In this document: piece by piece, positions 9,486 through 19,740 of the stretch
How positions within the stretch are numbered: position 1 is the first letter of the stretch
How the letters are laid out: each line of letters opens with the position of its first letter
Source: Butyrivibrio sp.
GTDB taxonomy: Bacteria; Bacillota; Clostridia; Lachnospirales; Lachnospiraceae
DNA length: 64,000 bases
Assembly (NCBI GenBank): GCA_045646185.1
Contig: JAZRKG010000042.1
Location: 5,300-69,299, forward strand
Direction of reading: 5' to 3'
Made by a program: the position numbers and the translations under genes
The notes under the pieces: generated by a model
Databases searched by the model: none
The model's input: only the letters and a program-made list of their open reading frames with translations
Told to the model about the DNA's origin: nothing

Positions 9486-11000
9486 TTACTGTTTATTAGC
9501 ACTTGTACGTGAACGAATAATCATTAATACAACAATTGTCAATACAACTCCAAGCACCAGTGAAATTACAGGACTCTGTACAAAGCCTGCTATAACATAT
9601 GTAGCAAAAGAGATTGCTGCAACAGTCATGGCATAAGGCAACTGAGTTGATACGTGAGAAATATGGTCACACATAGCACCGGCAGAGGACATGATTGTTG
9701 TATCAGATATAGGTGAGCAATGATCTCCACAAACAGCGCCGGCCATGCAGGCTGAAACACATATTATGGAAATAGGATTGCCATCTGTAAGCGGGAATAC
9801 ATTAAGTGCTATAGGTATAAGTATTCCGAAGGTTCCCCAGGAAGTACCGGTTGCAAAAGCAAGGAAAGCCGCAATCAAAAAGATAATTCCAGGAAGGAAA
9901 TTTAGTAATGATCCTGCACTCATGGATACCAGTTCTGCAACATACTCTTTTGCACCAAGAGAATCTGTCATTCCTTTAAGTGTCCATGCAAGAGTAAGGA
10001 TAGTGATGGCTGGAACCATTGAAATAAAGCCATCTGTAAGGCACTTCATACAGTCCTTAAATGGAAGAACTCTTCTGATAAGGTAAAATACAACAGTGAT
10101 TACAAGGGCTACAAAGCTTCCAAGAACAAGACCTACAGAAGCATCACTGTCAGCAAAAGACTCAACGAAGGAAGCTCCTTCAAAGAATCCACCAGTATAG
10201 ATCATTCCGATTACGCATGAAATGATAAGAACAACCACTGGCAGGATAAGGTCTATAACCTTGCCCTTGCCAATCACTGCAGATGCATCTTCTGACTGAT
10301 TATTTTTTATTGTAAATAAATCTCCGTTTTTGGCGTTCTCTTCATATTTCGCCATAGGACCGTAATCAGTATGGGTTACGGTAAGAACTACCATCATAAG
10401 TATTGTGAGCAGTGCATAGTAGTTATATGGAATAGCCTTGATAAAGAGCATAAGTCCGTTTGTTCCCTCCGGTGCAAAACCTGATACGGCAGCAGCCCAG
10501 GAAGAAATAGGAGCTATGATACATATTGGAGCAGCTGTAGCATCAATCAGATACGCAAGCTTTGCTCTTGATATCTTGTGTTTGTCTGTCACAGGACGCA
10601 TAACGCTTCCCACTGTCAGGCAGTTAAAATAGTCATCGATAAAAATAAGACAGCCAAGTAATATTGTTGCAAGCTGAGCAGTTGTTTTGCTTTTGACCTT
10701 TGTGGAAGCCCAGTTACCAAAAGCAGCAGAACCGCCGGCTTTGTTCATAAGTGATACCATGACTCCCAGGAAAACAAGGAATAACAGGATTCCTACATTA
10801 TAAGAGTCTGAGAGCTGAGCAATTAAGCTGTAATCTTCATTTACAAAAATATGATTCAGGGTACCCTCAAAACTAAAACCTGAATACAAAAGGCCACCGA
10901 CTATTATTCCTAAAAACAAGGAACTGTATACTTCTTTGGTAATAAGAGCAAGTACGATGGCAATAAGTGGTGGCACCAGGGCCCAAAATGTTGCGTACAT
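9486..11000 (-). CDS. NhaC-family Na+/H+ antiporter-like (amino acid) transporter
   Basis: FIDDYFNCL, SRAKLAY, ATGTSWGTF and GDHCSPISDTTIMSS motifs; about 12 TM; GGAGG RBS before ATG 11000. Confidence 0.9.
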   Translation of the reverse strand: MYATFWALVPPLIAIVLALITKEVYSSLFLGIIVGGLLYSGFSFEGTLNHIFVNEDYSLIAQLSDSYNVGILLFLVFLGVMVSLMNKAGGSAAFGNWASTKVKSKTTAQLATILLGCLIFIDDYFNCLTVGSVMRPVTDKHKISRAKLAYLIDATAAPICIIAPISSWAAAVSGFAPEGTNGLMLFIKAIPYNYYALLTILMMVVLTVTHTDYGPMAKYEENAKNGDLFTIKNNQSEDASAVIGKGKVIDLILPVVVLIISCVIGMIYTGGFFEGASFVESFADSDASVGLVLGSFVALVITVVFYLIRRVLPFKDCMKCLTDGFISMVPAITILTLAWTLKGMTDSLGAKEYVAELVSMSAGSLLNFLPGIIFLIAAFLAFATGTSWGTFGILIPIALNVFPLTDGNPISIICVSACMAGAVCGDHCSPISDTTIMSSAGAMCDHISHVSTQLPYAMTVAAISFATYVIAGFVQSPVISLVLGVVLTIVVLMIIRSRTSANKQ

Positions 11001-11129
11001 ATTTTTTCCTCCCAGAAATAAAAATTTCGTGTGCAAGATAGATTTAGCACAATCTATTTCAAAGTATAATGTATACAAATATACAATGCAACAATTAAAT
11101 GTATAAATATTAAATATTGGTGTATACTT

Positions 11130-11178
11130 GTTATTGTTCTGTCAGCAGCCAGCACTACACTGCTGGCAGAACAATAAC
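11130..11178. repeat. 19-bp intergenic inverted repeat (REP-like hairpin)
   Basis: GTTATTGTTCTGTCAGCAG (11130-11148) pairs with CTGCTGGCAGAACAATAAC (11160-11178) with one G-T; no poly-T tail. Confidence 0.7.
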
Positions 11179-11250
11179 GTATATTAAGAATGCAAAATAA
11201 ATAAGAAAGTTATTTTCTGCATTTTTATTAAATTGATGGGAGAGTTTTTG

Positions 11251-12150
11251 ATGCATAAGGAAAGAGATACGATAATACATACTGCATGTCTTGTGCTGGC
11301 AGCTTTTTTCTGGGGAACAACCTTCGTGGCACAGAGCATAGGAGCTGATTATGTTGGAGCATATTCTTATCTTGCTTCCAGAAGCTGGATTGCTGTAGTT
11401 GTATTATTTCCAATAATGAAGATCCTTAATAAAAAAGGTAGTGAAACACAGGCAGATTCTAAATATTCAACTGTAAAGTATAAAGCCCTGGGCGGCGCTA
11501 TATGCGGCTTGTTTCTCTTTATCGCCAGCGGCTTTCAGCAAATTGGAATGGCCTATACAACAACTGCCAAAGCTGGATTTATTACTGCGCTATACGTAGT
11601 GCTGGTGCCGGTTTTATATCTGTTTCTTGGTGGAAAGGTCTCACCTAAAATATGGATATGCGTTATTATGGCCGTGACAGGTCTGTACCTGTTGTGCATA
11701 AGCGGAGCGGTGTCACTGGAATTTGGTGATGGAATAATCCTTGTCAGCGCTTTCTTTTTTGCCCTGCAGATCATTGCTATAAACCGCTTTGTAGACAAAA
11801 TAAATCCAATAGAGCTTTCCTGGATTCAGTTTTTATTTACAGCTGTTTTATCTACTATAGTTATGTTTCTGTTTGAAGAAGTAACTATAAGCAATATGAT
11901 CAGTGCTTTTCCTGCAATTCTTTATGCGGGAATATTTAGCAGTTGCTTAGCTTATACTTTGCAGATAGTAGGTCAGAGGGGCCTCAATCCTACAATTGCA
12001 TCCATAGCAATGAGTCTGGAAAGTGTATTTTCCGCTATTTCAGGCTGGATAGTGCTTGGTGAAGGAATGAGCCTTAGGGAATGTATCGGCGCAGCTATTA
12101 TGTTTGCGGCAATTATTATCTCTCAAATACCTGTAAAATCTGAAAAGTAA
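11251..12150 (+). CDS. DMT/EamA-family transporter
   Basis: FFWGTTFVAQ, KAGFITALYVVLVP and SLESVFS motifs; 10 TM in two repeats. Confidence 0.9.
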   Translation: MHKERDTIIHTACLVLAAFFWGTTFVAQSIGADYVGAYSYLASRSWIAVVVLFPIMKILNKKGSETQADSKYSTVKYKALGGAICGLFLFIASGFQQIGMAYTTTAKAGFITALYVVLVPVLYLFLGGKVSPKIWICVIMAVTGLYLLCISGAVSLEFGDGIILVSAFFFALQIIAINRFVDKINPIELSWIQFLFTAVLSTIVMFLFEEVTISNMISAFPAILYAGIFSSCLAYTLQIVGQRGLNPTIASIAMSLESVFSAISGWIVLGEGMSLRECIGAAIMFAAIIISQIPVKSEK

Positions 12151-12183
12151 ATTGTAAATGCATATTGAAAATAGGTTTACAAT
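12151..12183. promoter_or_regulatory. BirA (biotin repressor) operator upstream of bioY
   Basis: ATTGTAAAT-N15-GTTTACAAT matches the Firmicutes BirA palindrome wwTGTwAAC-N14-16-GTTwACAww and lies directly upstream of bioY. Confidence 0.8.
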
Positions 12184-12236
12184 GTGATAATATCTCCTTG
12201 TTAAAAATTACATTTTTAGTTAATGGAGGAAGTTTT

Positions 12237-12812
12237 ATGTCACAAGTTAATTCTACAGCTAAGGAAAAAAATACCTTCCAGACTATTGATATTGTTTACA
12301 TTGGAATTTTTGCTGCACTTCTTGCTATTTGTTCCTGGATATCAATACCTCTTACAGTACCTGTTACACTGCAGACCTTTGGTGTGTTTGTAGCATGTTC
12401 TCTTCTCGGAGGAAGACGCGGTACAGTTGCAATCATTGTTTGGATTCTTCTTGGAGCAGTTGGAGCACCAGTATTTGCAAACTTTACAGGTGGAATGGGA
12501 ATACTTGTAGGTTCTACAGGTGGATACATCCTTGGATTTATTTTCACAGGTCTTATTATGTGGGCATTTGAAGAATTTGTTGGTACAAATCTCTGGGTTA
12601 GAGTTTTGTCTATGGTAGTTGGTCTTGCAGTGTGCTACACATTTGGAACAGTTTGGTTTATGCATGTATATGGCAAAGCTAATGGAGCAATCACTCTTGC
12701 TCAGGCACTTGCATGGTGCATCACACCTTTCCTTATCCCAGATGCTCTCAAAATAGCACTGGCAGCAGTTATCAGCACAAACAAGCAGATCCGTAAGGTT
12801 CTTCATTCTTAA
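12237..12812 (+). CDS. bioY: Biotin ECF transporter S component BioY
   Basis: VPVTLQTF, GAVGAPVFANF and GSTGGYILGF motifs; GGAGG RBS before ATG 12237. Confidence 0.93.
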   Translation: MSQVNSTAKEKNTFQTIDIVYIGIFAALLAICSWISIPLTVPVTLQTFGVFVACSLLGGRRGTVAIIVWILLGAVGAPVFANFTGGMGILVGSTGGYILGFIFTGLIMWAFEEFVGTNLWVRVLSMVVGLAVCYTFGTVWFMHVYGKANGAITLAQALAWCITPFLIPDALKIALAAVISTNKQIRKVLHS

Positions 12813-12851
12813 TAGTAAATATAAATGTTGAAATAAACTCGGGAGATATAT

Positions 12852-13238
12852 ATGATTAAAGTAAGGGCACATCATGGCATGTGCCTTTTCTTTTTTATAG
12901 GAAAAGGCTATAGCAGTGATTTTACGCAGAATATGTGGAATTATAAAACAATGCTTTTGGAAAAAAATCCAGAAGTGACCATTGTGGCAGAGCTGGACGA
13001 TATATGCAGCAAATGCCCAAATAACGTGGAGGATACAGCCTTTGGCAGAAGGTGTACTTCTCAGGAAAAGGTCCTTAGATATGACAGGGGCGTATTGAAC
13101 ACCCTTGGCATAGAATCAGGAACCACTATGCATTTCAAGGACTTTTATTTCAGAGTGGAGCAGGAGATAATACGAAAAGGCCACCGTCCGGAAATATGCG
13201 GTGACTGTGGCTGGAACGAACTGTGCATCCTGAAATAA
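12852..13238 (+). CDS. DUF1284-family Cys/His metal-binding protein
   Basis: RAHHGMC...GKGYS...DDICSKCP...ICGDCGW pattern. Confidence 0.8.
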   Translation: MIKVRAHHGMCLFFFIGKGYSSDFTQNMWNYKTMLLEKNPEVTIVAELDDICSKCPNNVEDTAFGRRCTSQEKVLRYDRGVLNTLGIESGTTMHFKDFYFRVEQEIIRKGHRPEICGDCGWNELCILK

Positions 13239-13269
13239 GTCTGTATAGAGGAAAAAGGAAGGTACAAGC

Positions 13270-14241
13270 ATGTCTCACGAATTATACACAACGATTCCGG
13301 AAGTGAATAAGAAAATGTCCAGAATTCTTTTGGGAACTGGAGCTATTCCAGAGAATGTCAATGCAGATGAGTGGCTTAGCAGTATGTATGACATTGGAAT
13401 AAACGCAATAGATACGGCCAGAGTATATGGCTCCTCTGAAAAGACAATTGGTAACTGGCTTCAGAAAACAGGACTTCGTGAGAATATTGTAATTTTAAGT
13501 AAGTGCGGACATCCCCTGGGTCCTATTAAAAGAATAGGCAGAAGGGCCATGATGTCTGATCTTAAAAAATCCCTGAAATACCTGCAGACAGACTACATAG
13601 ATATTTACCTGCTTCATAGAGATAATGTAGAAGTGCCTGTTTCTACAGTAATAGAGACCTTCAATGAAATGAAGAGTAACGGCTATATAAGAGCCTTCGG
13701 CGGCTCTAACTGGACACACCAGAGAATAGAAGAGGCCAATGAATACGCCTACAAAAAAGGCCTTGCTCCATTTGCTGTTTCCAGCCCAAACTTTGGTCTT
13801 GCAGACCAGATAGGCGTGATGTGGGATGATAGCTGCGTTACAATATCTGGCAAAAAGCAGCAGGAAGCCCGAAACTGGTATAAAGAAAAGCAGATGCCTG
13901 TTGTGGCGTACTCCTCATTAGGAAGGGGCTTGTTTTCAGGAAGACTCAAGAGCAGCGATTCTCAAAATGCTGATAAGTACCTGGATTCATATGCAATGAA
14001 GGGATATGCTTATCCAGAGAATTTTGAACGCTTGAAGCGCTGCGAGATTCTTGCTCAGAAAAAAGAGGTTACAGTAGCGCAGATTGCTATGGCCTGGATA
14101 TTCAATCAGGGAATGGACATGTACGCGGTTGTCAGTACTTCCAGCGCAGCAAGGATGCAGTCCAACATAGACGCTCTTGATATAAAGCTCTCCGAAAAAG
14201 AATGCAGATATTTGGATCTGCTGGAGGATGGCTATTTATAA
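13270..14241 (+). CDS. Aldo/keto reductase
   Basis: IDTARVYG, SEKTIG, LQTDYIDIYLLHR, GGSNW and AYSSLGRG motifs. Confidence 0.93.
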   Translation: MSHELYTTIPEVNKKMSRILLGTGAIPENVNADEWLSSMYDIGINAIDTARVYGSSEKTIGNWLQKTGLRENIVILSKCGHPLGPIKRIGRRAMMSDLKKSLKYLQTDYIDIYLLHRDNVEVPVSTVIETFNEMKSNGYIRAFGGSNWTHQRIEEANEYAYKKGLAPFAVSSPNFGLADQIGVMWDDSCVTISGKKQQEARNWYKEKQMPVVAYSSLGRGLFSGRLKSSDSQNADKYLDSYAMKGYAYPENFERLKRCEILAQKKEVTVAQIAMAWIFNQGMDMYAVVSTSSAARMQSNIDALDIKLSEKECRYLDLLEDGYL

Positions 14242-14249
14242 TTGATTTG

Positions 14250-14291
14250 GAGTATTTACCAAGTATTTATCAAGTCTTTATCGAGTGTTTG
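14250..14291. repeat. Degenerate 11-bp tandem repeat (about 4 copies)
   Basis: GAGTATTTACC AAGTATTTATC AAGTCTTTATC GAGTGTTTG. Confidence 0.55.
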
Positions 14292-14401
14292 AAATGCTTG
14301 AGATGCTTTTTGAGATAGGTTATTTGGAGTGCTTTGCATTTATAAATAGTGTTTTGTTAAAACATTTTGTAAAGGTGGTTTGTTAAAAAAGAAATTTTTT
14401 A

Positions 14402-14713
14402 AAGGTAGGCCTGTTTGGATAAAGAGACCTTTTAGGCCTACCTTGAAAAAGGGCATTCTGAAAAAGGTAGGCCTATTGAGATAGAAAGAGCCATTTGGGC
14501 CTACCAAATTCATATAAAAACTAAGAAATGGAAAGAATTCGAAAGAAAAGGTAGGCCTGTAGAGAGAAAATCGCTCAACAGGCCTACCTTTTTTCAATAT
14601 CGCAATAAAAAAGTAGGCCTATAGGAGAAAAAATTCTTCTATAAGCCTACCAAATTCAAAACGACCATTTTTCAAGTAGGCTTATTTTGCAATAATCATC
14701 AAATAAGCCTACC
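14402..14713. repeat. Array of five palindromic units, RGTAGGCYT-N21/22-RRGCCTACC
   Basis: Left arms at 14404, 14466, 14550, 14612 and 14675; right arms at 14434, 14497, 14580, 14643 and 14705; spacers are unique. Confidence 0.9.
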
Positions 14714-14828
14714 CTAGGGTGAGTTTTGATGTGAAGCATATGTCTATCAAAACAATATTTCTTTGCTCAGCCTCGCCGTAGTCAGAATAAGTTGTGCCAT
14801 GTGCGATGCGAGAAGTTTGAAATTATTC

Positions 14829-17216
14829 TTATTTATTCCATGTCCAGTCAGCTACTTCAGGGAGATCTAAGCCAACCTCATGAATGTACTGCTTGTGCTC
14901 TACGAGCTTATCGCTCATGCGCTGATAGAGATAAGCGCCTCTGTTGCCAAGCTGTGGAAGATACTTGAGAGCATCCTGTACTAAGTGGAATCTGTCGATG
15001 TTGTTCTGTACTCTCATATCAAATGGAGTAGTGATAGTTCCTTCCTCCTGGTAACCGCGAACATGCATCAGTCTGTTGTTGTGACGACGATAAGTCAACT
15101 CGTGAATCAGAGTTGGGTAGCCGTGGAAATTGAAGATTACAGGCTTATCTGTTGTAAAGAGCATGTCATACTCAGCGTGTGAGAGACCATGTGGGTGCTC
15201 AGATGCTGGCTGCAGCTTGAACAAATCTACAACATTGATAAATCTGATCTTAACCTCAGGAAGCTCCTTATTCAGAATTGATACAGCTGCAAGTGCTTCA
15301 AGTGTTGGTGTTTCGCCTGCACATGCAAAAACGATATCCGGCTCCTGGCCTTGATCGTTAGAAGCCCAATCCCAGATGCTGATACCCTGTGTGCAGTGCT
15401 TTACAGCCTGATCCATTGTCAGCCACTGAGGACGAGGGTGCTTGCTGGCTACAATTACATTTACATAGTTGCGGCTTCTTACGCAGTGGTCAAAGCAGGA
15501 CAGCAGGCAGTTAGCGTCTGGTGGAAGATAGAGACGTACAACGTCTGCCTTCTTATTTGCGATATGGTCCATAAATCCAGGATCCTGATGTGTGAATCCG
15601 TTATGATCCTGTTGCCATACATTTGATGATAAAAGCAGGTTAAGAGAAGCAATCTCTTCTCTCCAAGGCAGCTGATTACATACCTTAAGCCACTTTGCGT
15701 GCTGAGCTACCATTGAATCAATGATACGGATAAATGCTTCATAGCTTGCAAAGAATCCGTGACGACCTGTAAGTAGGTACCCTTCAAGCCAACCTTCACA
15801 CATATGCTCTGAAAGCATTGAATCCATAACACGTCCGTCTGCGTTAAGAGCATCATCATAATCTACTGTCTCAGCATTCCATACTCTGTTTGTCTCTTCG
15901 AAAACAGCATTAAGCCTGTTTGAATTTGTTTCATCAGGACCAAATACTCTAAAGTTACGAGACTCCTTGTTGAGCTCGATAATATCTCTGACAAATTTAC
16001 CAAGCTCTGTCATATCCTGGCCGTCCTTTTCACCAGGATTGGTAACGTCAAATGCATATTTACGGAAATCAGGAAGTCTAAGATCACGAAGAAGCAGACC
16101 ACCGTTACCATGAGGGTTTGCACCGATACGTGAATTGCCACTTGGTGCAAGAGCCTTAAGCTCTGGTATGAGCCTTCCGTTTTCGTCAAAGAGCTCTTCG
16201 GCATGATAGCTCTTAAGCCATTTTGTAAGAACCTCAAGGTGATCAGGCTTGTCCATCATTACTGGTACCTGGTGTGCGCGCCAGTAGTCTTCAACCTTAT
16301 CTCCATTTACATAATCAGGACCTGTCCATCCCTTAGGAGTTCTAAGAACAATCATAGGCCACTGAGGACGGGTTGTGTCACCTGTCTCCCTGGCATGCTT
16401 CTGAATGCCTTTGATCTCTTCGATGACTGCATCCATAGTCTCAGCCATCTTTCTGTGCATTTCCATAGGGTCGCTGCCTTCAACAAAATAAGGCTTCCAG
16501 CCCATTCCTTCAAAATACTTCTGAAGCTCTTCATGAGAAATACGTGAAAGGATTGTAGGATTTGCAATTTTATATCCATTAAGGTGCAAAATAGGCAGTA
16601 CAGCACCGTCAGTCTTTGGATTAAGGAACTTATTGGACTGCCATGAGGTAGCAAGAGGGCCTGTTTCAGCTTCTCCGTCACCAACAGTTACAGCAGCAAT
16701 AAGATCAGGGTTATCAAATACAGCACCAAAAGCGTGTGCAATAGAATAACCAAGCTCACCACCTTCATTTATTGAACCAGGAGTCTCTGGAGCACAATGG
16801 CTTGGAACACCGCCCGGGAAGGAGAACTGCTTGAAAAGCTTCTGCATTCCTTCCTCATCTTCGCTGATATTTGGATAGATTTCGCTATAGGAACCTTCAA
16901 GGTAGGTATTGGCTACATAGAAATTTCCGCCATGTCCAGGACCTGATAACAGAATCAGATCAAGATCATATCTCTTGATAGCGCGATTAAGATGTACATA
17001 CACAAAGTTCTGACCTGGAACAGTTCCCCAGTGACCAACTATTTTCTTTTTGATCATGTCCATAGTCAGAGGTTTCTTAAGGAGAGGGTTCTCCAAAAGA
17101 TACAGCTGTCCGGCTGATAGATAATTTGCTGCTCTAAAGTAACCATCTATCTTGGCAAGCAGCTCGTCTGTGATAGGACCTTTTTCTTCACAGACGTTAG
17201 TTTTCACTTCCTCCAT
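14829..17216 (-). CDS. xfp: Xylulose-5-phosphate/fructose-6-phosphate phosphoketolase
   Basis: [15 protein letters not shown], the ThDP motif GDGEAETG...[12 protein letters not shown] and [12 protein letters not shown]; GGGAGA RBS before ATG 17216. Confidence 0.96.
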   Translation of the reverse strand: MEEVKTNVCEEKGPITDELLAKIDGYFRAANYLSAGQLYLLENPLLKKPLTMDMIKKKIVGHWGTVPGQNFVYVHLNRAIKRYDLDLILLSGPGHGGNFYVANTYLEGSYSEIYPNISEDEEGMQKLFKQFSFPGGVPSHCAPETPGSINEGGELGYSIAHAFGAVFDNPDLIAAVTVGDGEAETGPLATSWQSNKFLNPKTDGAVLPILHLNGYKIANPTILSRISHEELQKYFEGMGWKPYFVEGSDPMEMHRKMAETMDAVIEEIKGIQKHARETGDTTRPQWPMIVLRTPKGWTGPDYVNGDKVEDYWRAHQVPVMMDKPDHLEVLTKWLKSYHAEELFDENGRLIPELKALAPSGNSRIGANPHGNGGLLLRDLRLPDFRKYAFDVTNPGEKDGQDMTELGKFVRDIIELNKESRNFRVFGPDETNSNRLNAVFEETNRVWNAETVDYDDALNADGRVMDSMLSEHMCEGWLEGYLLTGRHGFFASYEAFIRIIDSMVAQHAKWLKVCNQLPWREEIASLNLLLSSNVWQQDHNGFTHQDPGFMDHIANKKADVVRLYLPPDANCLLSCFDHCVRSRNYVNVIVASKHPRPQWLTMDQAVKHCTQGISIWDWASNDQGQEPDIVFACAGETPTLEALAAVSILNKELPEVKIRFINVVDLFKLQPASEHPHGLSHAEYDMLFTTDKPVIFNFHGYPTLIHELTYRRHNNRLMHVRGYQEEGTITTPFDMRVQNNIDRFHLVQDALKYLPQLGNRGAYLYQRMSDKLVEHKQYIHEVGLDLPEVADWTWNK

Positions 17217-17406
17217 AATATCTCCCTTTCGAAAAAATAAATTATTGTTGATGGCTAAAGTCCAGTAAACAAGCCATTCATGCAAGTTAAAAAAATAACA
17301 CAATGTAGATAATATAACATGAAAGGAAAAAATACAATAGGTAAAACTAAAATAGTTTACATTCTTCTAAAAGTTAGCAATATATTAGCAAAAAAGAGCA
17401 ATATTA

Positions 17407-17432
17407 AACTTGTTTGTATGGTCAAAAAAGTT
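17407..17432. promoter_or_regulatory. Palindromic operator candidate (ROK/XylR-like) upstream of xfp
   Basis: AACTTGTTTG-N6-CAAAAAAGTT inverted repeat. A second palindrome, GTAAAACTAAAATAGTTTAC, lies at 17341-17360. Confidence 0.45.
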
Positions 17433-17484
17433 AAAATATGAAGCAGTACCTTTGGGAAAACTATAATGCAAATACCTATGAGAA

Positions 17485-17517
17485 GGCCGCTATTACATAT
17501 GTAGTAGCGGCTTTTTT
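17485..17517 (+). terminator. Intrinsic terminator in the divergent xfp-pepO intergenic region
   Basis: GGCCGCTATTACA-TA-TGTAGTAGCGGCT followed by a T-tract. Confidence 0.8.
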
Positions 17518-17624
17518 AGTGACTCACTACTCTGTTGCCAAACACTATCCATATTTGTTACAATCTACTACGTTGGTTTAAAGCGTTAAACCCGGCAAAG
17601 TTACGAAAGGAATAGTATGAAAAA

Positions 17625-19532
17625 ATGAGTGAAGAGAAAGTAAGAATTCAGGATGACCTCTATGAAGCCGTAAACGGGGAATGGCTTAAAACAGCAGTAA
17701 TTCCTGATGACAAAGCTACAACAGGCGGCTTTTCAACCCTAGCAGAAAATGTAGAAAAGATAATGATGGAAGACTTTAAAGCATTTGCAGAGGGCAAAAA
17801 AGAAACAGATATTAAAGAAATGCATTATGCAATTTCTTTATATAAAAAGATACTTGATACAGAAAGAAGAGACAGAGAAGGCATAGCACCAGTACTTCCT
17901 GTTCTGGAAAAAATAAAAGCACTCGAAACAGTGGAAGACCTCAATAAAGTAGCTAAAGATTTTTTACTTGAAGGATTAGACCTTCCAATCAGCATGGGTG
18001 TAACAGAAGATATGGAAGATGCTACAAAGCACGCATTCATAGCATATGGACCAGATATCATCCTTCCCGATACCACCTACTATGCAGAGGACAATGAATC
18101 TGGCAAAAAACTTCTTGAAGCCTATGCGGATATGGCTGCAAAGATCCTTAAATATGCACCTCTTACAGAAGAAGAGCAGAAGACATTTTTGGATGATACT
18201 CTTGCCTATGATGCTCTTATCGCAGCCAAGGTAAAAAGTCAGCTTGAGTGGTCAGAATATTACAAGAACAACAACCCTATGGACGTTGAAGAAGTTGCAA
18301 AACATGTTGCTCCTTTTGATATCAAAAAAGTTCTTAGTGATCTCTATGGCGACAAGGCTCCGACAATAGTAGTCGTATATGATCCAAAAGCCATCGAAGA
18401 AATGAACGGATACTTCTCAGAAGAGAACTTTAAACTATACACACATTGGTTATATGTTAGAACTCTTCTAAATGCTACAACATGCCTGTCTGTAGAACTT
18501 AAATCACTTGGAACCACTTATAGCAGGACATTGAGAGGCGTTGCATCTGATCCTGTCCTTGAAAAAGAGGCTTATCAGGTTGCATCTGCAATGTATAAAG
18601 AGCCTGTCGGCGTTTATTATGGCAGAACCTATTTCGGAGAAGATGCTAAAAAAGACGTTGTTGATATGGTTCACAAGATCATCGATACATACAAGATCAG
18701 AATGAAGAAAAACACCTTCCTTGCTGAGCAGACAAAAGAGAAGGCAATTAAGAAGCTCTCAACAATGGAAGTTAAAATGGGTTATCCGGACGAAATAAAG
18801 GAAATCTGGTCAAAGCTTGTATTTGATGAAGAGGATTCATACTTTGATGCGGTATGCAAAATAAGTAAGATACGTATGCAGGATCAGCTTGAAGAACTCT
18901 ATAAGCCAGTTGATAGAACAAGATGGTTAATGCCTGGGCATATGGTTAATGCCTGCTATAATCCAAACTGCAACGACATCACATTCCCTGCAGCAATTCT
19001 TCAGAAACCATTTTATTCACTTGCTCAGAGTCTTAGTGAAAATCTTGGAGGAATCGGCGCAGTTATCGGACACGAGATATCTCACGCCTTTGATAATAAC
19101 GGAGCTAAATTCGATGAGAACGGTAATCTCAACAACTGGTGGCTTGAAGAAGACTTTAAAGCTTTCGAAGATCTGACTAAAGACATGATAAAGCAGTTCG
19201 ATGGAATAGAGTTCCATGGTGGAAAAGTAAGTGGTGAACTTACTGTCAGCGAGAATATTGCGGATAATGGTGGCGTAGGTGTTACTCTTGAAATCATGAG
19301 TACCCTTGACAATGCAGACTATCAGTCCTATTTCAAGAACTGGGCAAGGATCTGGTGTATGAAAGCCAAAGAAGAATACATCCAGCTCCTTCTTGCCAAT
19401 GACGTACATTCTCCAACAGCTATTCGCGCCAACATACCACCAAGAAATTTCAAGGAGTGGTATGAAGCATTTAATGTAACTGAAAAAGACCAGATGTATA
19501 TAGCACCTGAAAAGCGTATAAGCATCTGGTAA
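17625..19532 (+). CDS. pepO: M13-family (neprilysin-like) metalloendopeptidase
   Basis: QDDLYEAVNGEW, VNACY, zinc motif GHEISHAFD, ENIADNGG and DVHSP..IRAN. Confidence 0.95.
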   Translation: MSEEKVRIQDDLYEAVNGEWLKTAVIPDDKATTGGFSTLAENVEKIMMEDFKAFAEGKKETDIKEMHYAISLYKKILDTERRDREGIAPVLPVLEKIKALETVEDLNKVAKDFLLEGLDLPISMGVTEDMEDATKHAFIAYGPDIILPDTTYYAEDNESGKKLLEAYADMAAKILKYAPLTEEEQKTFLDDTLAYDALIAAKVKSQLEWSEYYKNNNPMDVEEVAKHVAPFDIKKVLSDLYGDKAPTIVVVYDPKAIEEMNGYFSEENFKLYTHWLYVRTLLNATTCLSVELKSLGTTYSRTLRGVASDPVLEKEAYQVASAMYKEPVGVYYGRTYFGEDAKKDVVDMVHKIIDTYKIRMKKNTFLAEQTKEKAIKKLSTMEVKMGYPDEIKEIWSKLVFDEEDSYFDAVCKISKIRMQDQLEELYKPVDRTRWLMPGHMVNACYNPNCNDITFPAAILQKPFYSLAQSLSENLGGIGAVIGHEISHAFDNNGAKFDENGNLNNWWLEEDFKAFEDLTKDMIKQFDGIEFHGGKVSGELTVSENIADNGGVGVTLEIMSTLDNADYQSYFKNWARIWCMKAKEEYIQLLLANDVHSPTAIRANIPPRNFKEWYEAFNVTEKDQMYIAPEKRISIW

Positions 19533-19572
19533 ATTGATTGGCTGACTAGCAAACGAGTTACATTGACATATC

Positions 19573-19645
19573 AGTCACCGGGGATGTATCAAAGCGACTT
19601 ATTGTGAGCAATGAGTAATTTTGATACGTCCCCGGTGACTCTTTT
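19573..19645 (+). terminator. Long hairpin after pepO (terminator or miniature inverted-repeat element)
   Basis: 21-bp stem AGTCACCGGGGATGTATCAAA / TTTGATACGTCCCCGGTGACT with an inner ACTTATTG/CAATGAGT stem, then CTTTT. Confidence 0.7.
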
Positions 19646-19740
19646 CGTATTATTGTGCATATGCAAACGATACGTGGTAAAATGATAATATCATAACTGT
19701 AATAATGTGAATCTTTTACGATGAGGATCAGGTAGCTATT

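Noticed and set aside
14340-14597. 85-aa minus-strand ORF
   Set aside because: It lies within the palindrome array; its recurring RPT/VG motifs are translations of the DNA repeat.
14402-14713. CRISPR array or integron attC array
   Set aside because: Conserved parts are only about 9-bp inverted arms, there are no identical 23-47 bp direct repeats, no cas or integrase gene, and no ORFs between units.
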